DNA from: a bacterium
GTDB lineage: Bacteria; Verrucomicrobiota; Verrucomicrobiia; Chthoniobacterales; UBA6821
NCBI GenBank assembly: GCA_037130175.1
Contig: JBAXTN010000002.1
Span: 56,455 to 120,454, forward strand
Reading direction: 5' to 3'
Length of the DNA: 64,000 bases
Part shown: positions 59,935 through 64,000 of the stretch, one piece after another
How positions within the stretch are numbered: position 1 is the first letter of the stretch
Layout: each line of letters opens with the position of its first letter
Notes under the pieces: model-generated
What the model was told of the DNA's origin: nothing
Databases searched by the model: none
Seen by the model: the letters and a program-made list of their open reading frames with translations, nothing else
Made by a program: the position numbers and the translations under genes

Positions 59935-60801
59935 TTATATCGTATCGGCCATCGTCCTCTCGGCACGACTGAACTCAACGAGCCCGATGATGAGCACGAT
60001 AATCGTGATGGCAAAACTGATCAGCCATTGCCAGATCTCGATCTGACCTTGTCCCATCATGGCAAAACGGAAACTTTCGATAATCGGGACTATGGGATTG
60101 AAAATCAGGATGTTCTGTAAATAGGGAGGGGCGGCTGAGAGTGGGTAGAAAATACAGCTTCCATACATCCACAGCTGAATAAAGGGCGCAACTGCCATCT
60201 GAAGATCACGAAATCGCGTGGTGACGGCGGCGATCCAACACCCGAATCCTAACCCCAGCAAGGCCGTCTGCAAAATAAGCGCAGGAATGATGATGACTCT
60301 GTAGCTGAAATGGATAGGTGCCCCCTTCCAAAGGAAATAACAATAGAATCCGAGAAAAATCAGCAACTGTATCAAAAACTGCCATGCATTGGAGATAACC
60401 TGAGCAATGGGTATCGCGAGACGGGGAAAATAAACCTTGGTGAAGAGGTTTGCGTTGGCCGTGAAGATATTCGATGTCCTGCTGAGGCAGGATGAAAAAT
60501 AGTACCAGATCACAATCCCAGACATGAAGAAGAGAAAAGGTGGGATGTTGTTGGTTGATATTCTGGCTATATTCCCAAAAACAATCTGATAAACAACCGT
60601 GCTGATCAGAGGCTGAATGAAATACCAAAGAGGCCCCATGATGGTTTGCTTGTGCATGGCAACCAAGTCTCTCCTAACGCTAAGAATGATCAGGTCACGG
60701 TACTTCCAGAGTTCGCGAAATGGCAGATGAAACGGAGATTTCTTGGAGGAAATCACTGCTGTCCACGATTGAGTCAGTGATGATTGATCAGTTTGAATCA
60801 T
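59935..60801 (-). CDS. wzm: Polysaccharide ABC transporter permease
   Basis: ELW.YRDL, KQT..GPLW...QP, KVYFPRL, RFRD, NP...IIE.FR. Confidence 0.93.
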   Translation of the reverse strand: MIQTDQSSLTQSWTAVISSKKSPFHLPFRELWKYRDLIILSVRRDLVAMHKQTIMGPLWYFIQPLISTVVYQIVFGNIARISTNNIPPFLFFMSGIVIWYYFSSCLSRTSNIFTANANLFTKVYFPRLAIPIAQVISNAWQFLIQLLIFLGFYCYFLWKGAPIHFSYRVIIIPALILQTALLGLGFGCWIAAVTTRFRDLQMAVAPFIQLWMYGSCIFYPLSAAPPYLQNILIFNPIVPIIESFRFAMMGQGQIEIWQWLISFAITIIVLIIGLVEFSRAERTMADTI

Positions 60802-60923
60802 AGAAAATCATGCTGCCGCCCATGGCCGTCGAAGGAGATTTCCTTCGGACCATACTTTTAATCGGTCTGTATTCCCGTTCGTCACAGGGGTTTACTTCCG
60901 GGAGGAAGCGGATGTGAAAACAG

Positions 60924-61424
60924 CTAACTCACTAGGAATTTCTGGATCCAGGGCATTATCTTGCGCCCGCGATCCACCCAATGTTTGAGTCGTTCCACTC
61001 TTTTGAAAGCGGCTGCTTTTTTTTGAGTTGGCATTGCCTCAATTAATTTTTCCATGCGATGGATCCGCTCCGCCGCGCTGTCAAGACGGGGCTTGAGCTC
61101 ATCATTCAGGAAAGCCGTGGCAAAAGTGCTCAGATCGAGATCGGCCACGAAGTGATCGCGCCTGTCACCCGGCATATAGACAGCCCTGACGGCCCTGAAG
61201 GATCGTAGAATCTTGAGCCCTTGACTTGTGGCTCCAGCGCTGATCCTAAGTTGATCGGTAATCTGGTCGGAATTCAGCGGTGCATCCGTGACAAAAAGCA
61301 GCCCGTAGATCTCACCCACCGACTTGGGAAGTCCCACCAGTTTCATAAAGCTGATAAACAGGTCTATTGCCTCGATCTCCAACCCGGAGAGCGACGGCTC
61401 AATCTCAGCAATTTCGGAGGGCAT
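60924..61424 (-). CDS. GbsR/MarR-family transcriptional regulator
   Basis: GLPKSVGEIYGLL, winged HTH (IS...S.GL..L), PGDRRDHF.A. Confidence 0.82.
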   Translation of the reverse strand: MPSEIAEIEPSLSGLEIEAIDLFISFMKLVGLPKSVGEIYGLLFVTDAPLNSDQITDQLRISAGATSQGLKILRSFRAVRAVYMPGDRRDHFVADLDLSTFATAFLNDELKPRLDSAAERIHRMEKLIEAMPTQKKAAAFKRVERLKHWVDRGRKIMPWIQKFLVS

Positions 61425-61486
61425 GAAGGGTTAGTCTTGGGTTAGGGTTAACAGATGTAAAGGAGACAGATTCTACCGATCATCCT

Positions 61487-61514
61487 ATTTCCTTCAATAA
61501 AAAATGAAGGAAAT
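61487..61514. promoter_or_regulatory. Perfect 10-bp inverted repeat; candidate operator of the GbsR/MarR regulator
   Basis: ATTTCCTTCA-ATAAAAAA-TGAAGGAAAT, 63-90 bp upstream of the regulator start; no U-tail on the coding strand. Confidence 0.55.
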
Positions 61515-61579
61515 GAGCTCTCTTGACTCAGCAAGAAAAAGGCAGGCAGCATCCTCTCACCCGGAAGGCCGAAAGTCCC

Positions 61580-62125
61580 CTAGAATAGTTCTGCTTCTCG
61601 GAATGGCTTTCCCACAAGGTCCTTTGCAGAGAGCTTCGGAAGTTCTCCTTCCGACAACGGCCAGATAATGCCGATCTCAGGATCGTCCCACTGGATCGTC
61701 CTTTCTTTTGCGGGAGTGTAGTATTCTGTACACTTGTATTGGAAGTCGGCTGTGTCGCTTAGCACTAAGAATCCATGGGCCAATCCAGGAGGCACCCAGA
61801 GGCGCTCCTTATTCTCTTCACTCAGAATATGTCCATCCCATTTTCCAAAGGTGGGTGAACTCTTGCGCAGATCGACAAAGACATCAAAGACGCTTCCCTG
61901 CGTGACCCAGACGAGTTTCCCCTGAGGGTTCTCAATCTGGTAGTGAAGACCTCTCAGAACATTTTTCTGTGATCGGGAGTGATTATCCTGAACAAACTCC
62001 ACATCAATGCCCATTTCGGCAAATGTCCTGCGATTCCATGATTCCAGAAAAAAGCCGCGTTCATCGCCGAAGACCTTGGGCAGAAGGCGGAAGGCTCCTT
62101 CGATTTTTGTGGGGATTGCTTGCAT
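61580..62125 (-). CDS. rfbC: dTDP-4-dehydrorhamnose 3,5-epimerase
   Basis: FGDERGFF.E, FVQDNHS.S...VLRGLHYQ, QGKLV, VDLR..SPTFG, P.G.AHGF, YKC. Confidence 0.95.
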   Translation of the reverse strand: MQAIPTKIEGAFRLLPKVFGDERGFFLESWNRRTFAEMGIDVEFVQDNHSRSQKNVLRGLHYQIENPQGKLVWVTQGSVFDVFVDLRKSSPTFGKWDGHILSEENKERLWVPPGLAHGFLVLSDTADFQYKCTEYYTPAKERTIQWDDPEIGIIWPLSEGELPKLSAKDLVGKPFREAELF

Positions 62126-62142
62126 CGGCAGTTTCAAGATTG

Positions 62143-62577
62143 TTACCCAAGAGGGTTAACGGCTTTTAGGAAATCAAACTTTAAGAAGTCGGCGTCCGCT
62201 GTGTAAATCAGTTTTATTCCATGCTGCCTCAAAATCGTTGCCACATGGGCATCCGGAACCAAGTTGCCCCTGGTTAACACGCGGCTTGTTACCTTATAAT
62301 AATCATGGATAAAGTCCTCAGATTCACCGACAAGTCGCACTCTTGGAAGCTGCAAAAGAGCCTCAATATTTTTCCATGCTTCAAGGGGAGAAAGGGGTTC
62401 TCTGAAAATGGAGGGGTGGGTTGCGATTCGTTGATACCCCATCAGGACAGGCCAAGTTAAACAAAACAGATCCGGATCTTCAGGCCGCTCCTCCAAGAAT
62501 GACTTGGCGGATGCATGGTTTGGAGATGATTCATCCGATGCATAGATCAGGATATTGGTATCTACGGAGTAGCTCAT
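62143..62577 (-). CDS. vapC: PIN-domain toxin (VapC)
   Basis: VDTNILIYA, GNLVPDAH.A, T.D.DF. Confidence 0.9.
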   Translation of the reverse strand: MSYSVDTNILIYASDESSPNHASAKSFLEERPEDPDLFCLTWPVLMGYQRIATHPSIFREPLSPLEAWKNIEALLQLPRVRLVGESEDFIHDYYKVTSRVLTRGNLVPDAHVATILRQHGIKLIYTADADFLKFDFLKAVNPLG

Positions 62578-62807
62578 TCTCGGTCGAGAATTTTGTATAG
62601 TGCGTCTTTATCAGAAATATCCACCAGTGCATTCATTCTATGAGAGGTCCAGTGAAGGCGTTCTGTTTTAGATTTTTTTTTCCTTCTTGAACTCAATGCA
62701 TCAGCAATCAATCGGGAAGCAAGTTTGCCCAGCGACACACCCTCTTCACGCTGCAGTAACTTAAGCTCCTCAAGTATCGGTTCTTCAAGATCAAGCGTTG
62801 TCCTCAT
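62574..62807 (-). CDS. vapB: Ribbon-helix-helix antitoxin (VapB)
   Basis: MRTTLDLEE..L; 77 aa; ATGA overlap with vapC. Confidence 0.85.
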   Translation of the reverse strand: MRTTLDLEEPILEELKLLQREEGVSLGKLASRLIADALSSRRKKKSKTERLHWTSHRMNALVDISDKDALYKILDRE

Positions 62808-62844
62808 GATGAGCGATGCTTACAAGAAACGCATCAGATGTCAA
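62808..62844 (-). promoter_or_regulatory. Sigma70-type promoter with overlapping operator for the first vapBC
   Basis: TTGACA (62844-62839)-N17-AAGCAT, preceded by TGn; GATGC-N11-GCATC inverted repeat 62815-62835; ATG 8 nt after the -10. Confidence 0.55.
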
Positions 62845-62860
62845 ATCGATGTCTTTTTCC

Positions 62861-63289
62861 TTAACGCAAAGGGTTCCAGATGCGGAGGAATCCCAACCCC
62901 TCGAAATCTTTCGTATTTGCCGTGGCAAACTCCGTGACTCCATGAGCCTGAAGAGTCTTGGCCAGACGCACATCAAAAATTCTTCTGCGCGCAAATCCTT
63001 TCTGGGCTGCAATCGGCCAGACTTCCTTCATGACATCAGCGGAATCGATAAGCTGCCAATGCGGATGCGTTCTTAAAAGATTACACTCCTTGCATGCAGC
63101 AGATGCACTCAAGGGAGGAGTGATGATTTTTTCGTTCCGAAGCAGGACATAGAATTCCATCAGGACAAGCTCAGAAATGACCACCTCCGTGCTCTCGCCC
63201 AAAGCCTCAAGAAAGGACAATGCCTTCTTGTGATACGGAGACGCGCTAAGTCTGGCATAGGCAAGAATATTGGTGTCGATTCCAATCAT
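62861..63289 (-). CDS. vapC: PIN-domain toxin (VapC)
   Basis: IDTNILAYA, L.EFY, IFD..LA.T, T.N.KDF, terminal NP. Confidence 0.9.
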   Translation of the reverse strand: MIGIDTNILAYARLSASPYHKKALSFLEALGESTEVVISELVLMEFYVLLRNEKIITPPLSASAACKECNLLRTHPHWQLIDSADVMKEVWPIAAQKGFARRRIFDVRLAKTLQAHGVTEFATANTKDFEGLGFLRIWNPLR

Positions 63290-63540
63290 GGAATGGATGG
63301 ATCACTGTCGTCCCGTATTAAGTCTCTTAGTTGTCCAGGGTCATGAACCAACATTTTGGATCGAATCGGTGGTGGTAGCCGCCAGAGACCTGCCCGCCTC
63401 TCTTTAATGGGGGGATAAGCCCGTGTAATCGATTCGGCACCCCTACGGATAACTTCGGCAATACTCCACTCCTGAGTCTCTGCAACTCTCTGAACTTCTT
63501 TATAAAGTTGATCGGGAAGTTGTATTTGAGTACGAACCAT
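63286..63540 (-). CDS. vapB: Ribbon-helix-helix antitoxin (VapB)
   Basis: MVRTQIQL....Y, S.AEVIRRG; ATGA overlap with the PIN gene. Confidence 0.85.
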   Translation of the reverse strand: MVRTQIQLPDQLYKEVQRVAETQEWSIAEVIRRGAESITRAYPPIKERRAGLWRLPPPIRSKMLVHDPGQLRDLIRDDSDPSIP

Positions 63541-63575
63541 GAGTCGATATTACAGCGCTTAAAAATTGATGTCAA
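63541..63575 (-). promoter_or_regulatory. Sigma70-type promoter, probably leaderless
   Basis: TTGACA (63575-63570)-N17-TAATAT (63552-63547)-N6-ATG (63540). Confidence 0.7.
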
Positions 63576-63673
63576 TGTCACTCCAACCCGGATTATGCAA
63601 TAGAGTCATTCAAGCAGAGAATTCTTGAGCACCAAGTTGGTGAAGAGACTGAAGCGAGAAGCATCAGTAATAA

Positions 63674-64000
63674 TATGGAACTCAGCCGTAACAAACCTCC
63701 GACCGGGGAGGAGGTAGGACTGCGACAGAGTTGCAGCCCCGCGAGGGGCGAGCGGCGCGGGAACGCCCGAATGGAGTCTTGCGGGTGCAGGACGACATAG
63801 ACTGCGCTTCAAGCGCAGCCCGAAAGGGGATCGGATGGGCATCCGATCATCAATTCAAATGCGAAGCAACGGCCGGGCAAGCAAACTCAGGAGAAAATGT
63901 TTCTTCGTTTGATTCGCTCGTGCCCACTCGTCTCACCCTTTAGGCTACCTTCGGTAGTCTATCCCAGCCTCTCCCGAGGCTCGGTATTCTGAGTTCCATA
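63674..64000. repeat. MITE/REP-like element: 12-bp terminal inverted repeats enclosing three copies of a multi-hairpin motif
   Basis: TATGGAACTCAG at 63674-63685 and CTGAGTTCCATA at 63989-64000; motif TAG(G)ACT-stem-AGCC-stem-GGG at 63715 (+), 63798 (+) and 63961 (-). Confidence 0.7.

Noticed and set aside
60809-60820. ops/JUMPstart-like GGCGGCAGCATG just upstream of wzm (minus strand)
   Set aside because: It differs from GGCGGTAGnnTG at the T that RfaH recognises, no JUMPstart context is visible, and no NusG paralog lies in the window; a chance match is plausible
570-63152. Numerous short plus-strand and alternate-frame ORFs (e.g. 58777-59448, 47252-47794, 2111-2605)
   Set aside because: They are antisense or frame shadows of well-supported minus-strand genes, with no recognisable motifs
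63606-63943. 78-aa (-) and 70-aa (+) ORFs
   Set aside because: They run through the GC-rich hairpin repeats and show no protein motifs
63674-64000. CRISPR array or tRNA interpretation of the terminal repeats
   Set aside because: The units are not identical direct repeats with spacers, one is inverted, no cas genes are present, and no T-loop or CCA cloverleaf is seen

Overview
The window is almost entirely one co-oriented (minus-strand) bacterial surface-glycan locus (LPS O-antigen, capsule or glycosylation) of about 55 genes. I found no convincing plus-strand gene, rRNA, tRNA or CRISPR array. In transcription order (right to left) it holds: a structured repeat element with terminal inverted repeats; two tandem VapBC toxin-antitoxin pairs; rmlC; a GbsR/MarR regulator; wzm/wzt; a WbdD-like methyltransferase with a coiled coil; a GT4-RgpF protein; a PglK-like ABC flippase; a legionaminic-acid-type nonulosonate module; WbuXYZ-type amidotransferases; a carbamoyltransferase; MBOAT, methyl- and acetyltransferases; GT2s; a Wzy-like/MurJ-like fusion; a PglA/C/D/E/F (diNAcBac) set; several GT-C membrane proteins; a decayed IS3; two oafA copies (one dead); and GT9/GT4 genes. 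Four observations stand out. (1) In the nonulosonate module, only the aminotransferase (legC) and N-acetyltransferase (legH/neuD) are reduced to short scars while all neighbours are intact, suggesting a rewired pathway. (2) A 965-aa protein fuses a polymerase-like domain to a flippase. (3) A GT-C gene has a stop codon exactly at its DE motif. (4) A covarying multi-hairpin repeat occurs three times inside 12-bp inverted repeats. All product calls come from motif recognition by eye, not from database searches.
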